Origin: Camelus dromedarius
Lineage: Eukaryota
Length of the DNA: 64,000 nt
Reading direction: 5' to 3'
Assembly (NCBI RefSeq): GCF_036321535.1
Contig: NC_087437.1
Coordinates: forward strand, 47,122,001-47,186,000
This document shows, one piece after another, positions 24,326-37,470 of this stretch. A model generated the notes under the pieces. That model did not search any database. It worked only from the letters and a program-made list of their open reading frames with translations, and was not told where the DNA came from. Made by a program: the position numbers and the translations under genes. Within the stretch, counting starts at the first letter, position 1; each line of letters starts with the position of its first letter.

Positions 24326-25419
24326 ATATTGCTGCATTAGATTCTAGTGTTAGCATAGCTGGAAATTCCCACTGTGTAGTTCTTCACATTTTTTAAAATG
24401 CTCTGTCATAAGCTCCAAAAGGCACTTTATGGCAAAACTCAGTAGGGAAACAAATACAGCAGCCTTTCAGCCACTGAGCTGGGATGCATATAGTGTGTAT
24501 GTAAGGGAGAGGAAATTCAGTTATATGCTTTGGTATGGTCAAGGTCAAATCTAAAATAATATCACCAAGACTTACTGTACTTAGAGTTAGTGACAGCTCA
24601 TATGTAAACAGAGTTTCTAGTAACATTATACATAGCCAATGTTATAGAGAGATACCTGGGAAGTACCAGTGCTGGCTTTTATGCCTACCTCTCTGAAAGC
24701 TATCTGTTGTCTCAGCTAACAAATGTTACCATTCTGGATCTGGGTTTCTCCATGTGGAAGAAGAGAGAGCTGGATTAGATATGCTGCCTAGCTCCAAAAC
24801 AAGGAATATTATTGTGACAGTAAAAATATGTTTTGGTTACGGTAATCTCTTGCAGCCTTCTATGGGAAGTGGTTCCTGATAAGTGGAGGCTCTGTTGTCA
24901 GCTGAGGAGATGACAGCCGTGACCACCAGGTTTGGCACAGCTAGATGAGGACTAAACTACTCTGAATAATTAAGGGAAAGAGATTGAGAAGCCCCAGAAA
25001 GAGGATTCTGGGAAAGGAATCAGGAATCAGTAAAGCTAAGTGCTTGCACTGAAAGAGGGGGAATGGGGATGGAGAATGCCAAGAAATGTAAGGCTAAGGA
25101 AAGAGATCTGGAGGAAAATGTTGGGCTTTATAAACCCTCTCTTTTGCCTCCAGTTCTAAGCTCTCAACAAAGTGTACACTCTTCAATAATGCTTTGGTGC
25201 AAATGAATTCTATATTCTGAAGGTAAAAATGACCAAATCCATCTTCAGAGGCTGTGTAGAGGAATGGTTCACACATGGGTTAAAATGCATTCCAAGGAAA
25301 TGTACTATAACAGATAAATCTCAATTTGCAATATTGATAGTGCCATAGAATGAAAGACCCCCTTCAACTGAGATGTAGCCAGACCACAGCTAGGTTCAGT
25401 TCCAGATGTGACACTTCAG

Positions 25420-25638
25420 CAGGGGTCTCAAATTCAAACACTTTTAGTGGCCAAGGGCAGCGAGGCCCGGATTAATAGGCATTGATGAAGGCTTGGAGCT
25501 GGAGAATGCCTGCATTGTGGAAAGGCTTTCACATTTCTTTTCCTTTTTCTTTTTTATTTAAAAACAAAACAAATAAAAAAGGCATCATGCCAAACAAAAC
25601 ACATCTGTGGGCCAGAACCAGACAGCTTGCAGTCTCTG
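25420..25638. mobile_element. MER103-like hAT DNA transposon relic
   Basis: caggggtctcaaattcaaa...ccaaacaaaacacatctgtgggcc...ttgcagtctctg with complementary cag/ctg ends. Confidence 0.65.
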
Positions 25639-25704
25639 AAACAGTCATTATCAAATCAAAGGACATTCAGAGGAGAGTGGTCAGGAAATGAAATAACTCA
25701 CGGT

Positions 25705-26115
25705 CAGGCAGTATGTGAAACAATTGAGTAAACCAGATTCTTTAACTTGAAAAAGAGTAGCCCTTGGGGAACCTAATGATTGTCTTCAAAGTATTCAAAT
25801 GCTGTTATATAAAGAAAGAGTTAGAGATGTTTTATCTTCCCTTAAATTGCAGAACCAGAAAATAAGGGGCAGCCATTAAGGATTAAATGAGTTAATACTT
25901 GTAAAGCACTCAGAACAGTGCACAGAGTTAGCACTGCAGAAATATCTATTATATTAAGGTTTGGTATTCAGAGTTGTTCAAGGTTTAAAAGAGTTCTGTT
26001 ATGGGTGATGGGAGGGCACCTCACAGGGGTGCTTGGGGGACCATATTCTGAGGGATACAAAGCCCACACATTCTTAGAGAAAAGTGTCCCTACCTGGATG
26101 ATTTTCTAGGGTAAC
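25705..26115 (+). mobile_element. L3/CR1 LINE 3' fragment with a nested MIR 3' fragment (about 25875-25955)
   Basis: tttaacttgaaaaagag...tgattgtcttcaaagtattcaaatgctgttatataaagaa...gcagaaccag follows the L3 pattern; ggattaaatgagttaatacttgtaaagcactcagaacagtg is the MIR tail. Confidence 0.7.
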
Positions 26116-26844
26116 TTGTAAACTTGGGTCCCATTAAACGTGCATAAAATATGTAAGGTGAAAGACATTTCTCCTCTACTGATTGGTCTTGCATCACATC
26201 TTACTTCTCAGATAAGACTCATCCCGGCTCTAAGATGGTAACCAACAGAAGTTGTAAATTAAGTCCCCATGAAAAATGAAGTATGGGGGAGTTATAGTCA
26301 ATCCTAGAAAGTAGGGGTGGTCTCAGTGGAAGCGTGGGGACTTAGGAAAGTAACTGCCAGAGTACCCCCAGAGTCCTCCAACTAAGGAGTAACTGGCGTG
26401 GGCATAGTGATGAAGACCATCAGAACTTAGCATCTGCAAATCTCTCAGAGCCGCCTTGATAACATTTTGTCTGAACAAGTAGATGTGGACATTTTGATGT
26501 TGGATCGTTCAAAACAGAAATCCATGTCTCAAAACTCCAAAATTATGGAAACTAAGAGTCACAACAAGAAGACCAAGAAGATGACTGCAAAGTACTGGTA
26601 AAACATTGAAATTCTGATGACAATGGGCACCATGTGTCATAGAAGGATAATGACAATATAAGGACAACAGTAACCCGAACCAACTCTGACTTATGAAACT
26701 TAGTACTAATGTAGCTATGAATATTGAAGTGCTGAGAACACTGACTATAATCAAGATGGAAAAACTGGATCCAACTAATAATTGCTGCACTGTTGCTTTG
26801 TGTAAAGTGAAGCAGCTAGAGAAGTAAAAACCTGGGAAAGAAGA

Positions 26845-27000
26845 TTTATGAAGCACCCACTTTGCATCAGGTACAGTGCCAGATGCTTTACACAAGCTAT
26901 TTCATCTAATCCTCACATAAACCTTGAGAAAAAGATATTTGTGCCCATGTTATAACACAAGAAAATTAGAGCTCAATTTAGTAAACTTGCCCAACTCTCA
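26845..27000 (-). mobile_element. MIR fragment
   Basis: atttatgaagcaccc...tgctttacacaagctatttcatctaatcctcaca. Confidence 0.8.
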
Positions 27001-27004
27001 TATA

Positions 27005-27500
27005 CTTTTGATGGATTACAAATCGATAAAAAATTACTTTGGAGAGTAATTCAGCAGAATCTATCAAAAATTTTAAGGAGCAAAATTATTGCTTCAGCAA
27101 TTCCATTTATAGCCATTTATTCCTCAGGAAGACCTCCACAAGTGTGGGGGGATATTATGTACAATTGTCTCCACTGCAGTATTATTTGTAATATTGAAAA
27201 TTTGCAGACAACCTAAAGGTCCTTCAGTAAAATAACAATGTATCTATATTCTAGAATACCTTGACTCCAATAAAAATATTGAAATAGATGAAGTGAAAAA
27301 TAAAAAATATGGTATGTAGCAAATCAACTTTTTATTGATAAAGTGTATCTACATCTGTATGTATGTAATAAAAGGCCTGGACTAACATCTGCCAAGTGGT
27401 TGATAGTAGTTACATCTAGAGAATGAAAGTGAGGAGCTGGGATGACGAGATCATGTACTACTTCCTGCTCTTCTGTATTATTTAACTATTTTAAGTAAAT
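27005..27500 (+). mobile_element. Old L1 (L1ME-like) ORF2 end and 3' UTR
   Basis: actttggagagtaatt, cagcaattccatttatag, acaacctaaaggtcctt ca, gttgatagtagttacatct. Confidence 0.7.
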
Positions 27501-29461
27501 ATGTGCTGTTCCGTTCAAGAAAGATTAAAAGTCATAATGAAGGCAAAAATCATACAAGCAGCCACTGGCAATCAAGATTCAGCACAGTGCTTCCTCCAGA
27601 ATCTACTTCTAAGTTTTACAGTGTGGCAGTCCTCTCCTGAAATGTGTTTATCTAAGGCAGAAAATGATACAAAGCAGAATTACCTGAGAGAGAAGGCAAA
27701 AATTTTCCAAGGAAAATCAATTAAAGCATGGACAGAGGCCATGGTAGCAACCATAAACATATCTTCCTGCCAAAAAAATAAACACACACTTCTAGACATG
27801 AAGATTTACACAAAACGGTGCTGTGTCATATAGTTTGTTTTCCCAAGAGTGCAGTTCTTTCCAGCAGTTCCAACTATTAAATTACCCTGACAGGCTTGGT
27901 CAGGTACACACAGCTATTGATTACACCACTTCCACATACACTTTATCAAAGTATTTATATCTCCAAATGTAAGCAGTTAGCATCTGCTCTGGCTTTTCTC
28001 AGATAGTGTCATGCTGAAAATCGGGATTCTCGTAAATCACATCATCACAGTATAAATCCCATGGTTGGCAGAATTTTGATTTTTAGAAGTACTACAATGT
28101 TTAACAACACTGAAGATTGTAATTGTTAGTGAGGGATAGAACCCTGAAACAGGCAACCAAGACAGAGAAGAACATGATTATAAGAAAATAAAAAATACTC
28201 CCAAAGTTCCAAGAATATTGAGAGTGGATAAATTAAACAAAATGATAATGAATTATCCCTTTAGAGCAGGGCAGACTCTCACTGACAGGGACGACCATAA
28301 GAATAAATTGAAGTATCCAAAGATGGTTGAACTAGCTGCCCTTTAGGGTCTTTCCTTCCCTTAGGTCCATGTCCCCTAAAACATCCATATAATAATGCAG
28401 GGAGTCTTTCTTGGGTGAGGATGCTTGGGTGAGGATATTTCAGCAAAAATTATTTTACTGAAGATACACTTACAATTCAAACTTTGCAAAAAGTCATGAA
28501 GCAGCTTTGTGCTTTAAAATGTGTATTCATATTCTACAGATTAACCACCACCTAATGGCTCCAAAGGAACAATTACAACAAAACACACTGGTGTTAGAAT
28601 AATTGAGACGCATTCATTTAAAGATAAACTTCCTACTTCTTGTAGCTCTAGGTGATGAGGATGCATAATAATGCATAATCATATGAATTAACAAGATGCT
28701 TTCAAACCTTTCAGCACTTAACAAAGTAGTTAAATCATTTCCTAACCAACACATGCTGACTCTATCAAAGGTGCCTTTGGGATATCACCATTCTGGGTTC
28801 TCTTAGTCCCATCTTTACCCTTGCCAATATTTGACCAGAGGCAAAAAGGTCAGTGTAAGTAATTAGAGCTCCTGAGTGTGCATATATGTAAGTGTATATA
28901 TATAAATACATTATATATAATATATGTAATATGTCTAAGTACCTCACTTAAGAAAGATATCATTTACTAGTCAATATCATCTGTTTGAAACCTACATGAG
29001 ACCAAGGAAATAAAGGGAAAAAGTCCTGAGCAAGCAATAGAAATGTCAAAAGTAAAGATTAAGTAGACCACATAAATAATACATCTAGTGGTTTATGGAA
29101 GATATTCAATAAATAATCACTATATTATTATCATCATTATTGCCTCCACATGGCTATACAAAGGACCTGAAATCACTTATCCTAGAAAACTTACTTAGAT
29201 TTAAAGCAGCTAAGAAGCAATCTACTGAAATGAAGGATGCATTTTGTTACAGCCAGGTCTACTTACAATAGCAAAGAGCTACAGTTAGCATTCTGACAAT
29301 AAGGGAGAAAATATAGAGAAAATTATAAAAGGCAGGTATAATTCGAAAGAAAGAGTAGTGTAAGGCCATTTGCACCAGGAAAAATGGTTTAGAATACCTG
29401 AACGCCAGGGAGAATATGATTTGATCTTTGCAAAGCACACACTTCACGTTCTTAATGGCAA

Positions 29462-29716
29462 CATCATGTTAAGAACAGCAGTTGTGGAGTTAGACAGATG
29501 TGAGTTCAAATCCCAACTTTATCTCCTTGTGGTTTTGTGATCTTGGCTAAGTTATTTAACCATTCTGATCCTCATTTTACTTCTCTCTTAAATAAGGATT
29601 GTATTGTATCTCTTCCATCACAGAAGTAGGTCTAAATGAAATGTTAAATGTAAAAGGCTAACACAGAGACCACCATATGGAACCCACTTATTAAATAGTT
29701 GCTATATTATTATTAC
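29462..29716 (+). mobile_element. MIR SINE, near full length
   Basis: ggagttagacagatgtgagttcaaatccca...gtgatcttggctaagttatttaac...tattattattact. Confidence 0.88.
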
Positions 29717-30529
29717 TATGCTTTACTTAAAACATGGAAACATATAATGCATTTTAAAAGATCTCTTTAACTAGTTCAATGCTATAAAGTAATTTTATCA
29801 CTTAAGGGGGTAATTTTCAGTTACCTAGAAAATTAACATATGGAAAGTCTAATTCCCACATGTTCCTGCCATGAATATAAAGACTTGGTTTATAATGTAA
29901 TATATAATCAGACACAGATAGATATGAAGATATGTAATCAAAAGGCAGAAAAAAGAATAGTGTCTTTTTCTCCCCTTTATCTGGGTCAAAGCAAGTTTGC
30001 AAATGTTTCAGAGTTAAAAGACGAATAATTGTTGAAACTAGAATAGTCACTACACTTCTGTAAGTGTAACTATACTGGCTTGGAAGTGTATTTCTGCTAT
30101 TTTTTTCATGACACTTCTCTGTTTATCCATTTAAAATCACAGACAAAATGCAAATCCCTCCAAGTATACACTTATAAATGCCAGTGATATCTCAAGCATC
30201 CAGTATGAGAGGATGGAATTCCTTCTTGAAAGAGTACAAAACCTTCTGATGACATTCATGCTATGATCACAGGAATATTCACTCAGTTTAACAGTCAGTA
30301 TTTCACAGCTCTTAAAAGAAGTGATTAAAAAAAAAAAAGGCAGAGGGAGAAGTACAGTATAAGCAGTGCCTCCCCAGTGCTTGAAAGACACTCAAGGAGT
30401 ACCCATTGAACTAATAAATATTTATCCTAACTGGAGTATTCAGTGAAATCTTTAAGATGATAGGTTGAGTGATAGATAGGTAGATGAAATTAGGACTTGG
30501 TTCAAAAGAATTGAGTCTCTATATTATAC

Positions 30530-31030
30530 AGAACTCAGGATTTAAATGGCAGAAACAAACATATCTAAGCAAATATGAAATATACTGGCTTCTTAAGTAA
30601 AAATGTCAAGAGTTGCCCAGCCTTGGCATCGGTAGATCCAGCTGCTCCAAAATATCCTCTATTTCTTGGCTCCTTTTCTTTTGGACTGACTACATCTTCC
30701 AGAAGTCTTTCTCCATGTATTAAGAGTAGGCAGCCACCATCAGTTTCAGACTTACATAGACTTTGCCCTCAGAAAGACAGAGAGGATCTCTCTTCAAACA
30801 TCCAAATAATTATCCCAAAAGGAATTCAAGGGCCCCTGCTTGGATTAAATTGGCCCTGCATTGATCACAATGACCAATTATAGTGGTTAGAAAGATAGGG
30901 CATTTTTTTGCCACCTTGGCTCATGTGACTGCATCTGTGTGGGGAAGGAGAGGAGTGCTCTTCTCTCTAGAATCCTGTGATGAGAGAAAGGAGCAATTTC
31001 CCAAAGAATAGGATGTCAAGGAAACAAAAT
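30530..31030 (-). mobile_element. MLT1-like (ERVL-MaLR) solo LTR
   Basis: ggcagaaac...ctaagcaaa...tactggct...agatccag...ggctcatgtgac arrangement typical of reverse MLT1K/L. Confidence 0.55.
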
Positions 31031-32429
31031 AATAGACGTCAACTATCGTTCCCTACTGTAATTATTTTTATATCTTCTGTATGTTCTCTCCTTGAGCCTC
31101 CAAAATACTGTAGTCAGTTGTTACATGCCCCAGACCGCCTCAGGACCTATGTTTTCTCAGGGTAGGGAATGTGTTTTCCTCACCACGTGGAACACTGAAC
31201 ATTGTAAGCACTCTTTAATTTAAGGGGATAACATATATAAAAACACTTTGTAAGTGGTAAAGAATTCTACCAATGTAAATATTTAGGGGGATGGGATACA
31301 TTTAATTGTCTTTGACCTTCTGAGAGAGTTGAAGACATCAGAACTTCTACCTCAAAATTCAGTCATCCTGAGCAATCATGCAGGACTGATTCTGCCAATG
31401 GTTTTTGTATCTATGCTTCCTTCAACTCATATCTTTTTATTGCTTGCCTTTTTTCCTGATCTATATCATAAAGGGGCTGAAAAATGAAATAATCATGTTA
31501 CTACCCAGAAGTATAACTCTCACAGTACACTGTTCCCGTTCCTGACATTGAGCAAGATACCTAGAATGCAGCCACATGTGCTTTCCTTTTTGTTAGTTAT
31601 CACATTTAATCTGGTCTGCACAGGCTCTTTCTTCTATAAATGATGGTTTCTCTTAATACACAGAATGAGTTAGTTTGTGGCTAATACTCCCAGTATATTT
31701 TCAGCACCTTGCAAGTCATCACTAACTTGAAAGTTCTGCCTATCAGAACTTCTAAGCTTCTCTCTTAAGGTTTTCTGGTTTTCATGTATTTAAAATTATG
31801 TTAGAGAAACAAATTATAACTCTCTAAAGGAGGACCATGCATTACACATTATTTTTAAATCATTCACCATGCCCTGCTACGAAAAAAAAAAAAGAAGCAG
31901 CTCGTAAGAGTGGATTTTTATTTAGCTTGAGAAAGGAAAAGTGAGTGGAGAAAATGTGGAAATGCTTCATTAACGATAAAACTAGAAAATCAAGTCTTAT
32001 TAAAATTAACACTGTAGCAACAGAAGCTCATTGTAATTAAAATATTTCAAAGTTCTTTCTGGACTGAGATCAATAATGATGCCTTTTGCCTTTGCTAAAA
32101 GTTTCCTTTGTTCATAAATCAGCATAATAAAGGCTTTACCCCTTAGTTCCTGTCCACTTCATTATCAACAGCCATTGTGGAGGGGGAAAAAAGGCTGAAC
32201 ACTTGATCCTGAAGCAAAGAGTAAATGGAAAGAGAGCAAAAAGCATTAGCAAAAACCTCCTCACAAAGAAACGCTGTCAAGAGAAATATGAAATGTGGCA
32301 GTTTTCTTTTTTATAAAAAGAGGAGGAAATAAGTAATCAAATCCATGGACTTTACCAAGAACAAAACGGGCTTTGACCAAAAAGATATACTACCTTACAT
32401 TACAAGTTACATAAAAGTTTTTACCTGTA

Positions 32430-32585
32430 TCACCTTATAGAGTGTAATCATTCAACAAATTTATGAAGTGGATATTATATTTTTATCAGATTGGGAAGCT
32501 GAAATTCAGACTTCAAGTGTTTTTCCCAAGAGAGAAAGCTAGTCATCTTCTGACTTAAACATTTTGTGCTTTTTCCATTACACCA
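32430..32585 (-). mobile_element. MIR fragment
   Basis: tattatatttttatcagattgggaagctgaaattcaga...ttcccaag. Confidence 0.55.
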
Positions 32586-34239
32586 TGTCTCCCCTGTTGC
32601 CCTCCACAAATGAACCACATACTTTTAAAACACTGAGGCCTTATGTGCCTCTTGAATACAATCTCAAATTTATTACACTTCCATTCTTTCTATTTTTTTA
32701 GTTGCCCCATGTATATACATGTATATATATAGGGTATAGTTTTATTCCTCAAGTATTTTTTTCTATAACTCTCCTTTTGACTAGCATCATCTAAAATATA
32801 GATGACATCTAATAATTTAGATAATGTGATTGGAATAAGACATAAATTATGGTTATAAAATAAAATAACCCCAGTTTTTTCTTATGATAGATGCTTTAGA
32901 GTATTATATAAGAAGAACTGGAAAAGCGTGTTATGCAGTAAAATGTGTCAGCATTGCCTACAATCAAATAATTTAGATCTAACACAAGCTTTATCATCAA
33001 TTTGCAGCATAGATGAGAAATAAGGGCAGAAGGAAAAGTCAATGTAAATGTGCAAGCATGAAATGAGACCTCAATGAGCTTGCATCCTAATTATAGAGAC
33101 AAGGAAGATCCACTTAAAACATTGATTATGTCTCTCCATGCAAGTTCACCTAACTAGGGAGGAAATGGCCTCAAAGTTCCATTACTTCAGTCATCTTTAT
33201 GATACAGGTTAATCTGAACCCCTCAATTCAGTACATTGGACAGCATCTTGGCTTTAAAAAAGAGAGCCATCTACTGGCCGTGAACCTGAGCAGTCTTGGT
33301 ACAGTACTGCTTGGAGTTTCAAATCTTCGGATTCTAAAATTAAGAAGAAAAACAAAATTCTTTGTGATGCTCTTTTTTTTTTTGGACATTTTTTTATCAT
33401 CATAGTGAGATCTATGGATATTCATTTTAGTTCCCTTAAGCAGGACAAGCCAGTTCATGCAGCTTTGGACAAAGGTAACTGACTAGAGCTCAACAGTTCT
33501 CTTCTCTTGGGCTCTAGTCAGTTCTATATAATCCTGCCACAGTAATTACTTTGCAGATAAAGAGAACATAAAATATGGCTAAGCTTTTAAGATTACCAGA
33601 GTTTCAAATGCTTTCAAGTTTCGCTGGAAATGCTTTGAAGTTCCAATTCTAATGCTGATGTATCTTTCCAAGCAACCTCTAATAATGTGTTAAGTAAATA
33701 TTCAGTGATGGAATATTGAAGGAATATTTGTAAGTGAGGTGAATTGTATGGATGTGTGAATCTACATTTTCCTGTAGATATAATTTCATAGCCTAATTGA
33801 GTCAGTTAAATGAGCAAGTGATATGATTCCACCTGAAATTCTCTTTCCTCTGTACAAAATTATTTCCCTTTTTTAAAGGTGTAATTAAAAATAAATCATG
33901 TGCTCTGATCCAACTACCGTTCTTTAGCATGTATTCCATGCAGCTAATCCTAGAAAATGTCTTGTTGCTTGAAGAAACAATCATTGTAGCATTCAAAATG
34001 GTAAAATTTTCACCATCACTCATAAAAGTTAATTCTTACATTTGTACATCAATTTATACAGTGGAAAACAAATCAGAGAGGGATAAACCTAAGATAGTAA
34101 GTTAGTTTCTAGAGTAGATAGTTGTACTTAAGCATTTTGAAGAAAGATTGTCTAATAATGTTCTAATGATCATCTAATAATGATCTCTTGCTATTGGTAT
34201 TCTTCAGGAATACCTTGTTTTGAAAGCATACATAAATTA

Positions 34240-34450
34240 ACCACTTCTGTACTTAAGACATTATCTCAGTGGATTCTCACAATGACCATTTAAAATAGAT
34301 AAGGTGGGAATCACTTACCCCATTTTAAGGATGAACAAACTGAGGCTCAGAGAAATCAGTTAACTTTTCAAAGTCACGTAACTAGTGTGTGCTAGAACTG
34401 GATCTTAAGCCCAGTTCCACAGATTCAAGCCCTATTCTACACCACTATTC
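34240..34450 (-). mobile_element. MIR SINE
   Basis: ccccattttaaggatgaacaaactgaggctcagaga...taacttttcaaagtcac. Confidence 0.85.
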
Positions 34451-34834
34451 CTCATGTTCCTATGAACACACATTATCAGACACACCTTCTCCATGAAAGT
34501 AGGAAATAATCCACTTGCCTCTCTTCACATGTGTTCACATATTCTGCAGTGTATCTCCACTTTATTTTCCTGTGCTGAAGTGAAGACAGGGATAGGCAGG
34601 TGGACAGGTAGACATAATGTGCTTTCTGGAATGGTATTTAATCATTTGCTTAAACTTGTTCTAGCCAATAACCCTTAATTTCTGAACTTTAAAATTGCTA
34701 TGTGTGTGAACAATAATAATAGCAATTGATAGTAATATATTATTTCACTTGCAATCTTTGCTCTAAAATGCTGTCAACACATATCAATTTGAGGAATAAT
34801 CTCCCCATCCCAGCCTTGCCCCCACCGCATTACC

Positions 34835-35420
34835 TTTGATATTGTGAAACTCTGAACTTGCCATTCCTTTTTCAAAACCTCCCAATGGTTCCCTAGTTTC
34901 CTCAGGATAAAGAATACATTTCTTAGGCTGACCTTCCAAGCCATCCATGAACTAATCATCCTTTCCTTTCCAAACTCCTTCTCCAACACTTGCCTTTCTT
35001 TTTCCAGTTAAAATGAATAACTTTGCAGTTATCCAGGATAGTCCATATCATTTTACTTCACCACATTTCTGACTATAATCTCCCTTCTTTTCTAAACTCT
35101 ACTCTTTCTTCAAAAACTCTACTCTTTTCTATCAAAAACTCTACTCTTTCTTCAAAGCCAGTTCAAGCGTCTGTCTGTAAGATTCCTCGAGCATCTTTCT
35201 GCTCCTCCACAAAGCCGGGTTGATGATTCTCTCCTTTGTCCACATCTAGATTAGAGTTAACTATTAGATTCTACGTTGGCACCTATCACAGGATTTTGTA
35301 ATCAGTTGTTTGAGTGTATCTTTCTATGTTTTATCTTATTGCCCCTGTTCCTAGCACAATACATTGCAATATATAGCAGGTGCTTGATAAATGTTTACCA
35401 AATAATTAGTGAAAGCATGA
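34835..35420 (+). mobile_element. L2 3' portion
   Basis: tcaaaacctcccaatggttccc...aggataaa...ttccaagccatccatga; cctagcacaa...ggtgcttgataaatgttt. Confidence 0.82.
35094..35155. repeat. Minisatellite, three copies of AAACTCTACTCTTTCTTCAA (20/22/20 bp)
   Basis: Copies 1 and 3 are identical; copy 2 has two extra bases. Confidence 0.95.
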
Positions 35421-36319
35421 ACAGCCATTTAAGAAATACCCATTAAGAAATGGGTATTCTAAAGAAACATATGAGTAGCTAAGAAACAGAAATTCGTGAT
35501 TTTTTCAAGGCACTACCACCTGAAGACCAAATGTTATTCTTACACTCTATTCTATCTAATATTAATGTAAGATTACCAAGTATCTCCAACATATGAGATC
35601 ACAATCATCTCATGAGAATGAAAAAGGAGATTTATTCATCTTATGCAAAATTCTAGTGCTGTCTCTTCTGCCCTTGAGCAAGACTTGTAATCTTTTGCAT
35701 TTTGGTTGTTGGAATACTTTTATCACCCCTCTTCAGTTTTGTATCTTTAAAAGTAAAATAGCAAGATGAAACAAAGGGAAATTCCAGTGTTTTTGAGGCA
35801 AATATGAATCCTTTGGATAATGAATGACATTATGGACCCCAGAGTCAGTCCTCTGAACACCACTTACATAGTAAGAAATGCAGTCACCAAATCTGAAGAA
35901 CCTCATTGAGATATAGTATGAAAAGTTATGATTTTGAAGAATAAAATCTAAACAAAGGCTTGGAATAAATAAAAGAAATGGATCTAGCACCTAGTTCACT
36001 AATTTTATAATTGAATGCCTGCTTTTAGTGTTCTTTTTGATCACTTATTTACAAATTCATACAACAAAATAGGAGGTTCTCCAGAAACTATTGTGGACAT
36101 TGTGAGGGTTATAATGCAAATATAACCACAAATAGAAATATTTGAGAAAATATTTACATACATACATATTTGAGGAAAGAAATATTTCAAATAACAACTC
36201 CAAAATTCATAACTTAAGGTCTAATTCATTAGTATAAATAACTGTAATCAGAGTTCATGGAAATTCTTTACATTAAATCTTAAAATCAGTTCAATATTGG
36301 AACAAAGATTTTATTTTGC

Positions 36320-36540
36320 AAAAATGTTATGATGCACCATACTAAATGCTATAAGCAATGCAATAAACAAGACTTAGTCTCTGCCTTCTAGATACTGAGT
36401 GTCTAATAGCAAAGGTAAAGCATTTGTACAAATAAACCCTGAGTCATGCTAAAAGAGAGATCAACATAGATCAAGTACAGAAACTCCCCATCCAGAGGAA
36501 ATCAAGAACCACTTTATAGAGAGGAGTTACTCTCAGGAAC
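36320..36540 (-). mobile_element. L2 fragment
   Basis: caataaacaagacttagtctctgccttc...gtctaatag. Confidence 0.55.
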
Positions 36541-36699
36541 AAATGGCATAATATGCATTAAAGCACTCTAAAACCATAAAATCTTGTTCCAAGGTTAGAT
36601 GATTTTTTTCAAGAACAGAATGGAACATGTTACATTCTAAAGTACACATCAGGAAGGATAGCTGACTGAGGTACTTTCAGGTGTAAAAACAGGTCCACT

Positions 36700-37175
36700 A
36701 AGGGTACACAAACCAAGGAAACACATTTTATCACAGACAAGAAGATGCCAGGCAGAGCAGGTCCTCCTGGAGGAAGAGCCAGAAGCAGAAGCTTGTTTAC
36801 AGACCCAGGTGGCAGTGAGGCCCCAGACAGCAGGGCTTGTGCCTCCTTACTCTTTGTCTCCACCACTTTAACTTGGCTCTTCACAGGGCTCCTCTTCCTC
36901 TCACTACAGAACCTCGTGAGCTTTCTTTCTCCCCTGCATATCTTTTCTCTCTCTCTGCTTTATGAGCACTTCTTCATACTCTACCTGTGCTTACCCAACT
37001 TGGCCTCAGACTCTACCTTAGGGCTGCTCTCTATACGTTGTCTTTTATACCAGGCCATGTCATACATTCCTGTGGAACTTAAGGATTGGCTGCCCTTAAA
37101 TCAGGTGCCCAACCATTGTCCAGCTGGCTTTGATCATCAGGAGGAACGGGTCATGTGGCTCAAAGTATGACTGTT
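36700..37175 (-). mobile_element. MLT1-like LTR relic
   Basis: gattggctgcccttaaatcaggtgcccaacc...gggtcatgtgg resembles old reverse MLT1 LTRs. Confidence 0.5.
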
Positions 37176-37187
37176 TGGTTTTTCTCT

Positions 37188-37470
37188 TTCATCCACACAT
37201 TCATTAATTCACTCATCACCTTTTGTTCTATGTACTAGATGACACAATTTTTTATTAAAGATGAACAAGATTTTTTATTAAAGTCCCTGCCTTCATGATG
37301 CTTTCATTCTAGTTGGGAGAAACAATAATAAGAGTAAGAAAATAAACAAATGAGATAAATTCAGCTGGTGGTAAATGCTATGGAAATATTAAATATATAA
37401 TAAGAATACCTGGGAGTGGGGAGGGGGAAGAGATGCTAATTTTAGCAGGGTAAGGTTACAGAAGGAAGTT
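37188..37470 (-). mobile_element. L2 3' end
   Basis: cattcattaattcactca...gtccctgccttcatgatgctttcattctagttggg...taaatgctatgga. Confidence 0.82.

Noticed and set aside
33300..33309. TACAGTACTG matching the 5' end of miR-101
   Set aside because: The match stops after 10 nt and I see no precursor hairpin arm.
35094..35155. Possible CRISPR-like repeat array
   Set aside because: Units are contiguous with no spacers, in mammalian DNA with no cas genes.
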